Shown: positions 37,803 through 46,782 of the stretch, piece by piece
Numbering within the stretch: the stretch's first letter is position 1
How the letters are laid out: every line of letters starts with the position of its first letter
Source: Candidatus Multivoradales bacterium
GTDB lineage: Bacteria; Acidobacteriota; Thermoanaerobaculia; Multivoradales; Multivoraceae
DNA: 64,000 bases
NCBI GenBank assembly: GCA_965223325.1
Contig: CBDCWI010000002.1
Location: 736,001-800,000 of the forward strand
Direction: 5' to 3'
Notes under the pieces: generated by a model
Database searches by the model: none
Seen by the model: only the letters and a program-made list of their open reading frames with translations
What the model was told of the DNA's origin: nothing
Position numbers and translations under genes: made by a program

Positions 37803-40121
37803 GTGACCACCAAGCGCATGCTCATCAACGCGCGCAACCCAGCAGAACTGCGGGTCGCGTTGGTCAGCGACAAAACACTCGACGACCTCAAGGTCGACGT
37901 TGCCGAACGCGGACTGACCCGCGGCAACATCTACTACGGCGTTATCTCCAACGTTCAACCGAGCCTCAACGCCGCCTTCATAGACTATGGGGCGGAACGC
38001 AACGGCTTCTTGACGATTCAAGATGTTGTCCCCGAGGCCTACCACAAGAAGTACACCAAGAAGAGCCGGCCGAAGATCGAGGAGGTCCTAGAAGACAGGA
38101 AATCCCTCCTGGTTCAGGTGTCGCGCGAACCCGAGGGCCAGAAGGGTTCGGCTCTGACGACCAACCTGTCGCTGGCCGGCCGCTACCTGGTGCTCACCCC
38201 CTACGACTCGACGCGCGGCGTTTCGCGCAAGGTCGACAGCGACGAAACCCGGCGCGCACTCAAGAAGCTCGCCACCTCACTCGACGTACCCGATGGCGCC
38301 GGCGTCATCGTACGCACCAACGCACTCGATCAGAACAAGACCACCCTCAACCGCGACCTCAATGCGCTCCTGCGCCTGTGGAAGCGCATCTCGACCGAGG
38401 CCGAACGCAACGGTCAGGTGCGGCTCCTCTACTCGGATCAAGACATCGTCTTGCAAGCCCTGCGCGACTATCTCGACACCTCGGTCCAGGAAGTCCTGGT
38501 CGACGAAGTCAACGCCTTCAACAAGGCGCAGGAGTACATTCGCGCCTTCATGCCACGGTCGCGTGTCCAGCTGACGTTCTACGAGGACCGGGCGCCTCTC
38601 TTCGCGCGCTACGACCTCGAGTCGCAGATCGATCGCATCTTTCAACGCACCGCACCTCTGCCGTCGGGCGGCTCGATCGTCATCGACCGCACCGAAGCGT
38701 TGACCGCCATTGACGTCAACTCGGGGCGTTCGACGAGGGCATCGAGCCAGGAAGAGACCGCGGTCAACACGAACCTCGAAGCCGCCGCCGAGGTCGCACG
38801 ACAGCTGCGACTGCGCGACATCGGCGGCCTGGTGGTCGTCGACTTCATCGACATGCGGGCGCGCAAGAACCAGCGACGGGTCGAACGCGCGCTGATTGAC
38901 GCCCTCAAGCCCGACAAGGCACGCGCCACGGTCGGCAGAACCAGCTCCAACGGTCTCGTCGAAGTCAATCGCCAGCGCATCCACCAGGCAATCCAGGTAC
39001 GCACTCAGCGTGTGTGCCCCAACTGCGCCGGCACCGGGCGCGTGCCGAGCCCCGACATCGTCTCACTCCACATCCTGCGCGAGCTGCAAGCACGCTGCCA
39101 GGACGGTTCGATCGAGCGGGTGCGCATTCGTTTGCACCCCGAACTGGCAGACGCCTTCCAGAACATGCGACGCACCGAACTCGCCACCATCGAGAAGGAG
39201 CTCGACGTACGCATCGAGATCCTCTCTTCGATGAAGCTCGGTCCAACCGAACGCGACATCGACTGGTACGCGCGAGCAGCCCTGCGGCGCGGACCCGTCG
39301 TTCGAACCGCGGCGGAGGCAGCCGTTGCCAACATCTCCGAGGCAGCGGATGACGCACGCAGCTCGCGCTCGCGGCCTGCCAAGAAGTCCAAGACCACCAA
39401 GAAACGCAAGACGCGAAAACGACGCACCGACGCGAAGTCGAAGAACGAGGGTACCGAGGCAACCAAGGCCAAGGGCAGTGACGGCGAAGACAACGAGGAC
39501 GAGGAAGCGCCACGGAGGCGGACTCGTCGCCGACGTTTGCGCGGTGGGCGAAGCAGGTCACGGCGTAGCAAGAGCGACGAAACCCCAACCGATGATGATG
39601 CGATCGAGGCAGCAGCGGATGACGTCGCCGAGGGCGGGGACGGCGAGACGGATAGGGACGGTGACGAAAAGCCGGCCCGGCGCCGGCGCCGTTCCCGCGG
39701 TGGACGAGGGCGCGGTCGCAGGGCGTCCGAGAGCGGAGACCCGGGTGACAGCGACGACGGCGCGGCCACCAGCGATGCGTCACCTTCAGCAAACGGGGAT
39801 GAAAAGGAACGCCCCGCGCGGCGTCGGCGCACGCGCGGCGGTCGCGGTCGTGGACGACGCGTTGCGGCGAGCGACGCGGAAGAATCGAGCGCAACGAGCG
39901 GTGACGACAAGCGAGCGGAAGCCGACTCCGACGGTCCTGAGAAACCCGCTCGCTCCAGGAGAAAGACGCGGCGGACCAGAGCTGGCGCTTCCGACACCTC
40001 CGAGAAGAGCGGAGCTGAGACGGGCGCGATCGAGGCGCCTCCCAGGGCCGCCGCCAGCACCGACAGCGGTGCCGGGCGTAGCTGGGCACGCGCCGAGCCA
40101 CCACCCGAAGACCAGAGCTGA
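37803..40121 (+). CDS. rne: ribonuclease E/G family with long disordered C-terminal region
   Basis: GNIY, AAFIDYG, IDVNSG, TNLEAA, LRDIGGLVVVDFIDM and CPNCAGTG Zn-link; Arg/Asp-Glu block tail. Confidence 0.93.
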   Translation: MTTKRMLINARNPAELRVALVSDKTLDDLKVDVAERGLTRGNIYYGVISNVQPSLNAAFIDYGAERNGFLTIQDVVPEAYHKKYTKKSRPKIEEVLEDRKSLLVQVSREPEGQKGSALTTNLSLAGRYLVLTPYDSTRGVSRKVDSDETRRALKKLATSLDVPDGAGVIVRTNALDQNKTTLNRDLNALLRLWKRISTEAERNGQVRLLYSDQDIVLQALRDYLDTSVQEVLVDEVNAFNKAQEYIRAFMPRSRVQLTFYEDRAPLFARYDLESQIDRIFQRTAPLPSGGSIVIDRTEALTAIDVNSGRSTRASSQEETAVNTNLEAAAEVARQLRLRDIGGLVVVDFIDMRARKNQRRVERALIDALKPDKARATVGRTSSNGLVEVNRQRIHQAIQVRTQRVCPNCAGTGRVPSPDIVSLHILRELQARCQDGSIERVRIRLHPELADAFQNMRRTELATIEKELDVRIEILSSMKLGPTERDIDWYARAALRRGPVVRTAAEAAVANISEAADDARSSRSRPAKKSKTTKKRKTRKRRTDAKSKNEGTEATKAKGSDGEDNEDEEAPRRRTRRRRLRGGRSRSRRSKSDETPTDDDAIEAAADDVAEGGDGETDRDGDEKPARRRRRSRGGRGRGRRASESGDPGDSDDGAATSDASPSANGDEKERPARRRRTRGGRGRGRRVAASDAEESSATSGDDKRAEADSDGPEKPARSRRKTRRTRAGASDTSEKSGAETGAIEAPPRAAASTDSGAGRSWARAEPPPEDQS

Positions 40122-40135
40122 AGGGGTCCGCAAGG

Positions 40136-40179
40136 TTCAAATAGAACGGCCCCGCCGCCTGTCTAGGCTGCGGGGCCGT
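40136..40179. terminator. terminator hairpin between rne and the convergent minus-strand RNA
   Basis: ACGGCCCCGC (40146-40155)/GCGGGGCCGT (40170-40179) stem; T-rich tail (TCTATTT) on the minus strand. Confidence 0.75.
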
Positions 40180-40360
40180 GTGCCTGACGATTGGACGTCA
40201 GGGCTTGGCTGCCCGGGAGCTTGGCGGCAGGGCCTTTCGGTCAGAGCGACGGAAAGAGCGCTGCGGAGCCAGGTCGCGAGCTGTGGTTGACTCGAACTGG
40301 TGGCGATGGGTAACCCTTTGAAGCTACGCCACGGCCACCGAATCGGAGCCCGTAGCTACC

Positions 40361-40405
40361 CTACGGGATCGCCACCTCGTTCAAGTCGCTATAAGAATGT
40401 TGCAC
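40361..40405 (-). CDS. putative 14-aa micropeptide MQHSYSDLNEVAIP
   Basis: AAGGAGGT at 40412-40419, 6-nt spacer, GTG at 40405 and TAG at 40361-40363. Confidence 0.45.
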   Translation of the reverse strand: MQHSYSDLNEVAIP

Positions 40406-40544
40406 TCGACCACCTCCTTCATGGGGCGCGTCTCAGGTGTAGCGGGTCCCACCCCGCCCGATTCCAGGCGCCGCCCGAAGCGGTCCAGAACCGCCGCCAC
40501 CGCTGCCCCAGGGAACCTGGTCGGTGACGGATGACGATGACGAC

Positions 40545-40573
40545 ATTGTCTTCATTCGATAGCCTTCTGTCAA
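40545..40573 (-). promoter_or_regulatory. sigma70-type promoter
   Basis: TTGACA (40568-40573), 17-nt spacer, GACAAT (40545-40550). Confidence 0.75.
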
Positions 40574-40598
40574 TAACGGGGAAGAGAGAGAATCAAGA

Positions 40599-41840
40599 AT
40601 GAGCAAGCGACTCGGCATTGGCTTCGTTGGCAGCGGCTTTATCACCAAGTTCCACATCCGTTCCTTCGAGAGCGTGCGCTCGGCGGACGTCCTGGGGGTC
40701 TGGAGCCCCAACCACGAGCACGCCAGCGAGGCCGCTCAGTTGGCTAGTTCACTGGGAGTCGGCGAAGCCAGGGCCTTCTCGTCCCTGCGTGAAATGGCGA
40801 TGGCGCCGGAGATTGACGCCATCTGGCTGTGCGGGCCGAACCACCAACGCGTCCAGAACATGGAAGAGGTCGCGCTGTCACAAGAGGACGGCGCCCGCTT
40901 GATCGGGGTGGCGTGTGAGAAACCGCTCGGGCGGAATGTCGCTGAAGCCCGAAGGATGCTCGAGTTGGTGCGCGAGGCGGATCTTCTCGACGGCTACCTC
41001 GAGAACCAGGTCTTCTCTCCCGCCGTGGTGCGCGGGCACGAGTTGGCCTGGAGTCGCGGCGCCGCAACCAGTGGCCGCCCGTATCTGGCGCGCGCCGCCG
41101 AAGAGCACGCCGGCCCGCACGCTGCCTGGTTCTGGCAGGGTGACCTGCAAGGTGGCGGGGTGCTCAACGACATGATGTGTCACTCGGTTGAGGTGGCGCG
41201 CTACCTCCTCACCGCGCCCGGCGCGCCGCGCAACAGCATCACGCCGCGGCGCGTCAACGCTCAGATCCATTGCCTGAAATGGCAACGGCCCGCCTACGCG
41301 CAAGACCTCGCCGAGCGATTCGGTTCCAGCGTCGACTACCAGCAACGTCCGTCGGAAGACTTCGCGCGGGTGCTCGTCGAATACACCGGTGAGGAGGGCG
41401 AGCCATTGATCGTCGAGGCGACAACCTCCTGGAACTACGTCGGGCCCGGGCTGCGCCTGTCGATGGAGCTCCTCGGGCCCGAGTACTCGATGCAGGCGTC
41501 GAGTCTCGACACCGAGCTGCGGCTGTTTCTCGGGCGTGACCTCCAGCAGGCAACCGGGGAGGACCTGGTCGAGAAACAGAACGCCGAAACCGGGCTCATG
41601 CCCGTCTTGCCCGATGAGTCCGGCGCCTATGGCTACGACGCCGAGAACCGCCACATGGTGCAAAGCTTCCTCGCTCGGCAACGCCCTCGCGAGACGTTCG
41701 AGGACGGCCTTGCGGTCACCGAGCTCCTGATGGCCGCCTACAAGAGCGCCGAAGAGGGACGGCGGATCGATCTTCCCGTCGACGATCTCGAGGGCTTCCG
41801 TCCCGCAGTCGCCCAGGGCACATGGAAGCCCGGCAACTGA
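40599..41840 (+). CDS. Gfo/Idh/MocA family oxidoreductase
   Basis: GFVGSGFI, ACEKPL and GGGVLNDMMCH. Confidence 0.92.
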   Translation: MSKRLGIGFVGSGFITKFHIRSFESVRSADVLGVWSPNHEHASEAAQLASSLGVGEARAFSSLREMAMAPEIDAIWLCGPNHQRVQNMEEVALSQEDGARLIGVACEKPLGRNVAEARRMLELVREADLLDGYLENQVFSPAVVRGHELAWSRGAATSGRPYLARAAEEHAGPHAAWFWQGDLQGGGVLNDMMCHSVEVARYLLTAPGAPRNSITPRRVNAQIHCLKWQRPAYAQDLAERFGSSVDYQQRPSEDFARVLVEYTGEEGEPLIVEATTSWNYVGPGLRLSMELLGPEYSMQASSLDTELRLFLGRDLQQATGEDLVEKQNAETGLMPVLPDESGAYGYDAENRHMVQSFLARQRPRETFEDGLAVTELLMAAYKSAEEGRRIDLPVDDLEGFRPAVAQGTWKPGN

Positions 41841-42382
41841 TCCTCGCCGGAACCGTCGCGGTGGCACTGGTGTCGGCGACCGCAGGCTGCAGCGACTCCC
41901 GTCGAATTGCGCCGTCTGCTGGTAGTTCGGGCGCGGCAGACTCCGTGCGGAGCGAGAGAGCCGGGCAGACCGTCTCGGAACGGCTCGAAGAGGAGACCCT
42001 CCACGAGACCAATCGTCACCGATCGGCGATCGGGCGCACCGCGCTGCCGCGCCACCCACAGCTAGACCAACTGGCGAGAGAACACAGCCGGTCGATGGCA
42101 GCGACAGGAAGCGTCAGTCACGACGGTTTCAAACGACGCTCTCAGGCTGCACGCCAAGCCATCGACGGCGTCGAGTCGTTCGCCGAGAATGTCGCGATGA
42201 GCGGCGGTGAAACACGGCCGGTGGTGCGAACCGTCGAGCGCTGGCTCGAAAGCCCCAGCCACCGCAGAAACCTCGACGATGACTGGAGTGTGACGGGTGT
42301 CGGAGTCGCCCACGATGCGCGCGGAGACACCTACTTCACCCAACTCTTTGCGCGCCTCCATCCCGAGTCGGCCAACAGGTGA
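41822..42382 (+). CDS. CAP (SCP) domain lipoprotein
   Basis: TAGC lipobox; AREHS, SH, AENVA, WLESPSHRRNL and YFTQLF. Confidence 0.9.
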   Translation: MEARQLILAGTVAVALVSATAGCSDSRRIAPSAGSSGAADSVRSERAGQTVSERLEEETLHETNRHRSAIGRTALPRHPQLDQLAREHSRSMAATGSVSHDGFKRRSQAARQAIDGVESFAENVAMSGGETRPVVRTVERWLESPSHRRNLDDDWSVTGVGVAHDARGDTYFTQLFARLHPESANR

Positions 42383-43908
42383 CTGCGGAACGTCCGACAG
42401 GTGGCGCACCAGTGCGCCTGCCTTGGAACGATCGCCAGGCGCTCGCGGCCCTGGTCGTTCTCACGGCGCTCATTCTGCTCCTCTGGTCACCGAGCGCGCT
42501 GGTCAACGGAGACGACGCGATCTACTACCACCAGGCGCGCAACCTCGACTTCAGCGAGCGCACCGTGCACATTGGTTATCTCGTCCCGCTGGCTGCGGTC
42601 ACCGCGCCGCTCCCAGTGCTGCCCGACCGCATCATTCATCTCCTGCACGTACCGCTAGGCGTCGTCGCGGTTGCGCTGCTCTTCCTGATCGCCAGACGCC
42701 TCGACTGCAACACGACAGGTGCCTTCGTCGCGGCTCTCGGAGTCCCGCTCAGTCTCATCGCCGCAGCGCTCGGTCGCGCCGAGGTCGAGGCCGCGCTGCT
42801 GGCCGCCCTTCTGTTCGCGCTGTGGGCATGGCTCGCCGAGCATCCATGGTTTGCCGGCGCGGCGGCAGGGGTGGCGTTCCTGGTCTCGCCGTCGGCCCTC
42901 GTCCTGGCGCCGGCCTTCGCAGCGTTCAGGCCGCGCTGGCGACAGCTCATCCACTTCGCGGTTTCGTTCCTGGTGGTGAGCCTCGCCGGCATCTTGCCGG
43001 TCCAGCGTGACTGGTTTCATGGCCCTCGGGGCGTCCTGGCCGTAGGAGGCGAACGGCCCGGCTTGATGACCGTCGCCTCGAAGGAGGTCAGCGAGCTGCT
43101 TCTCGGCCCGGGCCTCCTGTTGCCTCTGGTCGCAATCGGCCTGCTGGCGATGGTCGCCAAGGGGAGGTACCGGCTGCCCCTTGCCGTCGCCGCCTGCGGC
43201 CTGGTCGGACTAGCCCTCGAAATGGCTCCCGATGTTGCCGTCCAACTTCCTACCTGGCTCCTGCTTTTTGTGGCAGCCGGGTTCGGTGTCGACCGGCTGC
43301 TTGACCCTCCGAGCCATCGCCGGTCGCGCCTTTTGCCAGTTGCCGCGACGTGCGGTGCGGCGCTCGTTATCGTCGTTCTCGTCCTGGCAAGAACCCGCTC
43401 CCTCACGCTAGACCGGGTTCCCATGCCGGTTTTCTGGATCGGCATGGCGGTGCTGCTCGTTGGCACTACCTCGAGCTGGGTTGCCAGAATCGAACACCCC
43501 CAGAGGGCGGCTGCTTCCGCCCTCCTCGCGGTTCTGACGGCTCACGGACTCATCTTCTTGACCGCGCTCAGCGAAGAGAACCGGGCGCTATCCGAACGAA
43601 AGAACGCGGTCACAAGAATGGCAGCCGAGGCCCGGGGCTCCTGGCGGGCTGTCGGGACCTGGACCAACACTGTGCTGCTCGAGCATTGGCTGTTCAACGG
43701 CTCAATCAGCGACGGGAATCGCGTCTTGCGAGCCCCGCTTGCACCGTCCGAGGCCAGGCGTCTGGAGGCCTGGATCAGCGAAGGACACCAGATCTGGCTC
43801 CTCGGTGAATTGCCTGAGGTTGCTTCGCGACTCGAGGAGGCGCGTGGGGCGCCCGAACCGCGGGGACCCTTTCTGGTGTTCGAGGGCCGCCGGCGCGCCA
43901 GCAATTGA
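42379..43908 (+). CDS. polytopic membrane protein, possible GT-C glycosyltransferase
   Basis: NGDDAIYY after TM1, HIGY and many TM helices. Confidence 0.6.
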   Translation: MTAERPTGGAPVRLPWNDRQALAALVVLTALILLLWSPSALVNGDDAIYYHQARNLDFSERTVHIGYLVPLAAVTAPLPVLPDRIIHLLHVPLGVVAVALLFLIARRLDCNTTGAFVAALGVPLSLIAAALGRAEVEAALLAALLFALWAWLAEHPWFAGAAAGVAFLVSPSALVLAPAFAAFRPRWRQLIHFAVSFLVVSLAGILPVQRDWFHGPRGVLAVGGERPGLMTVASKEVSELLLGPGLLLPLVAIGLLAMVAKGRYRLPLAVAACGLVGLALEMAPDVAVQLPTWLLLFVAAGFGVDRLLDPPSHRRSRLLPVAATCGAALVIVVLVLARTRSLTLDRVPMPVFWIGMAVLLVGTTSSWVARIEHPQRAAASALLAVLTAHGLIFLTALSEENRALSERKNAVTRMAAEARGSWRAVGTWTNTVLLEHWLFNGSISDGNRVLRAPLAPSEARRLEAWISEGHQIWLLGELPEVASRLEEARGAPEPRGPFLVFEGRRRASN

Positions 43909-44227
43909 ATCGAGAGGGCAACTCCACCTCCTCCGGACTCCACAGGGAGTCAGCGCAACAGGGTCCTCCAGACCTGATCGCCTTTTCTCCCGCCTGCCTG
44001 CCCGGAGCCCCGTGGTGTCTTTTGAAACTCCCCCTACGACCCCCAACAACCTGCACGCCACCGGTGTCCGGCCACCGATTCACCCAGCCAAGACTCCAAC
44101 ACGGCTGCCGCTCTTTCTAGCGCCCTCGCCAATGACCACTACGACGGCGTAAGCGGTCCGCGGTGCGGGCCGGCTGACTCGGCACTCGCCCTGCACTTGC
44201 CCTCTCTGACTTCGATCAACGTGCGCG

Positions 44228-45133
44228 TCAGGGAGGCGCCTTGCAGAGCCGGGGGGACGCGATCTTTCCCAGGTTTGCGGTAACGCTCTCGTCGAAATGC
44301 ACGTCGACCTGCGGGAAGGCGATCGTGATCTCAGCTTCCTCGAGAGCCCACCAGATGGCCTCGCGCAGGTCCGACTGGCGCTTCCGGCTGTTCCAGGGAT
44401 CTTCGATCCAGACTGAGGCCTCGAAGTCGACCGATGAGGCACCGAAGTCGGCGAGCAGGAGGACTGGCTCCCTCTTCTTCGATCGCCATGCGAGACCGCT
44501 GAGGGACTTCTCGATGACCTTCCGCACCTGCCGCATGTCCGAGCTGTACTCGACTCCCACCACGACACGTAGCCTGTAGAGGCGGTCCCGCAGGGTGAAG
44601 TTCTTCACCGTCGACTGCACCAGCATCGAGTTGGGCAGCACCAGGTCCTCGTCGTTCAGGGTGCGCACGACGGTCGCCCGGATCCCCATGTCGGTCACTC
44701 GGACCACCTGGTCATCGACCTGGAGAACGTCGCCAGGCTTGATGACTCGCTCAGCGAGCAGAATCACGCCGGAAATGAAATTGGCAACGATGTTCTGCAT
44801 CGCGAAACCCATCGCGACGGCGAAGAAGGCGCCGGCGGCGAACAGGGCGCTGAGATCGATGCCAATGTTGTGAACTCCGGCACTGATGCCGACGACCAGG
44901 ATCATGTAGCGCAGGAGCCGGCTGATGACTCCAGCGGTGCCTTCGTCTTTGGCGCCGCGACGCACCAACATGCGCTCCGACGCGCGCTGCAAGAAGCCCG
45001 CGAACCAGAAGGTGACGACAACGATCGCGGCGAAGACGAGGAGAGTCGAGCCGGTGATCGAAGTGCCTGAAAATGAAAACAGCTCGGTCGCGAGCATCTC
45101 TCGCGCTCGAGTGAGGAACTCCTGCCAGTTCAA
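44228..45133 (-). CDS. small-conductance mechanosensitive channel (MscS family)
   Basis: GFAMQNIVANFISG, IGDV-like PGDV, PNS and IAFPQ. Confidence 0.93.
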   Translation of the reverse strand: MNWQEFLTRAREMLATELFSFSGTSITGSTLLVFAAIVVVTFWFAGFLQRASERMLVRRGAKDEGTAGVISRLLRYMILVVGISAGVHNIGIDLSALFAAGAFFAVAMGFAMQNIVANFISGVILLAERVIKPGDVLQVDDQVVRVTDMGIRATVVRTLNDEDLVLPNSMLVQSTVKNFTLRDRLYRLRVVVGVEYSSDMRQVRKVIEKSLSGLAWRSKKREPVLLLADFGASSVDFEASVWIEDPWNSRKRQSDLREAIWWALEEAEITIAFPQVDVHFDESVTANLGKIASPRLCKAPP

Positions 45134-45184
45134 AGGAGCGACCGCAAAGGCGAAGCGACACCAACCAACGAAGCGACCACCCGC

Positions 45185-46588
45185 CTACTGGGCGTCGCTG
45201 TTGGTGATGCGATAGAGGTGGTTTCGGGTGCGGATGACGAGACTTCCCTGCGCAATCGCGGGAGTCGCCATGGCCATTTCGTCGAGGGCATTGGTGCCGA
45301 TGACTTCGAAGTCCTGCGCCGGATCGATGACGTAGGTGTCGCCGTCTTCACTGAGGACGAAGATGAGGCCGTTGTAGGTCCAGGGTGATGCGGTGAAGGC
45401 GCCGGAACCGCGCCCGATGCGCCGGCGGGCTTCTTTGTTCTTCTTCTGGTCGTCGGTGAAGTAGAGCTCCTCGCCGGTCTTGGCGTTGTGCACGGTGTAG
45501 AGACCGCGATCGAGCAACGTGAAGTACCAGTCGCCGAGGACCAGCGGGGTTGGGTTGTATGGCCCGGCGTCAGGCTGGTACCAGGCGATGTACTCACTCT
45601 CGGTCTCGCCCTCGGCAAGGGTGATGTCGCCCTGCGCTCCCGGCTTGACCGCCCACACGGGGCGGACCTTGTCGCCGATGTAGCCCGAGGCGACATAGAG
45701 CAGACCGTGTGCGGTGTAGGGCTGCGGAATGGTGATCGACGACATGCCGGTGAACGACCACAGGAGCTGGCCCTCGAGGTCGTAAGAACGCACCTCGTCG
45801 GTGCCGGGAGTGATCAGCTCGGTGCGTTGGGCGTTCTCCCAGACGTAGGGAGTCGCCCAGTTGCTGCCCTCTTCACGCTCTACGCGCCACTGCTGTTTGC
45901 CGGTCTTCTTGTCGAGCGCCAGCAGCCATGACTGGTCTTCGTTGTCGTTGACCAGGAACAAGAGGTCTTCGAACAGCAGCGGTGACGCGGCGGTACCCCA
46001 TCCGAACCGCGTCTTGACGACTTCGAAACGCTTCTCCCACACCGGCTCGCCGGCGTGGGTGAGCGCGAAGACCCCGAGGTTGCCAAAGTAGGCATAGACG
46101 CGTTCGCCGTCGACCACCGGCGTTTCGGAGGCGAACGAGTTCTTGATGTGGCGCGGGAACTCTGGCGCCGCCTTATGCACCTCGCGCTCCCAGAGCTTGG
46201 CGCCAGTCTCGAAATCAAAGGCATAGACCAACCATCGGTGCTCGTTCTCGGGTGGCTCGAGACGGTTGCCGCCGAAGTAGAGACCCTTCTTGGGCTCTTC
46301 CTCCTCGCCACTCGAAATCACCGTGGTCACGAAGATGCGGTTTCCCCACACCACCGGCGACGACCACCCCAGGCCCGGAACTTCGGCCTTCCAGACGACG
46401 TTCTCAGTCGTGCTCCAGGTCGTGGGTAGGCGCGCATCATCGGCGGCCGCGCTCATAGAGTCGGCGCCGCGGAAGGCCGGCCAGTTCTCAGACGACTCGT
46501 TGCCGGCTGCGACGAGTACCGGCGCGGCGAGGGCAAGCAGGAGAACGGCCAGAAGCGTCGGTCGATCAGAAGAAAGAAAATGTCGCAT
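45185..46588 (-). CDS. secreted PQQ-like beta-propeller repeat protein
   Basis: NWPAFRG, GWSSPVVWG, WGTAASP, NWATP and FTASP. Confidence 0.9.
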   Translation of the reverse strand: MRHFLSSDRPTLLAVLLLALAAPVLVAAGNESSENWPAFRGADSMSAAADDARLPTTWSTTENVVWKAEVPGLGWSSPVVWGNRIFVTTVISSGEEEEPKKGLYFGGNRLEPPENEHRWLVYAFDFETGAKLWEREVHKAAPEFPRHIKNSFASETPVVDGERVYAYFGNLGVFALTHAGEPVWEKRFEVVKTRFGWGTAASPLLFEDLLFLVNDNEDQSWLLALDKKTGKQQWRVEREEGSNWATPYVWENAQRTELITPGTDEVRSYDLEGQLLWSFTGMSSITIPQPYTAHGLLYVASGYIGDKVRPVWAVKPGAQGDITLAEGETESEYIAWYQPDAGPYNPTPLVLGDWYFTLLDRGLYTVHNAKTGEELYFTDDQKKNKEARRRIGRGSGAFTASPWTYNGLIFVLSEDGDTYVIDPAQDFEVIGTNALDEMAMATPAIAQGSLVIRTRNHLYRITNSDAQ

Positions 46589-46782
46589 AGCGGAACTCCG
46601 AAGTGTCGTGTCGGCGGGATCCTGGTGCTCGAGAATCGCGAGAACGCACGATAGCACCGCCCTCGGTCGCGCCATCGCTCTCCCGCCCGTGATCGTCGAT
46701 TCCGGCGCCGCCTATGACGGTGTACGATGCGCCTTCCCCTACCAAACAATGCGCTCTAACCCTGGCGCTAGCGAGGCTGTTC

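Larger units (their letters stand above)
40136..40538 (-). ncRNA. putative structured RNA of about 400 nt carrying a micro-ORF (unknown family)
   Basis: Own promoter and terminator, no long ORF, at least seven stems including a rod of about 100-140 nt. Confidence 0.55.

Noticed and set aside
40270-40415. 6S RNA, tmRNA, RNase P or SRP identity for the structured RNA
   Set aside because: No tRNA-like ends or ALAA-type tag, no GAGGAAAGUCC, no SRP GGAA loop; length and context do not fit 6S. A covariance-model search is still needed to exclude a divergent member.
44024-44034. GAAACTCCCCC resembling the transposase repeat core
   Set aside because: Only 11 nt, single copy, no partner repeat; compatible with chance.
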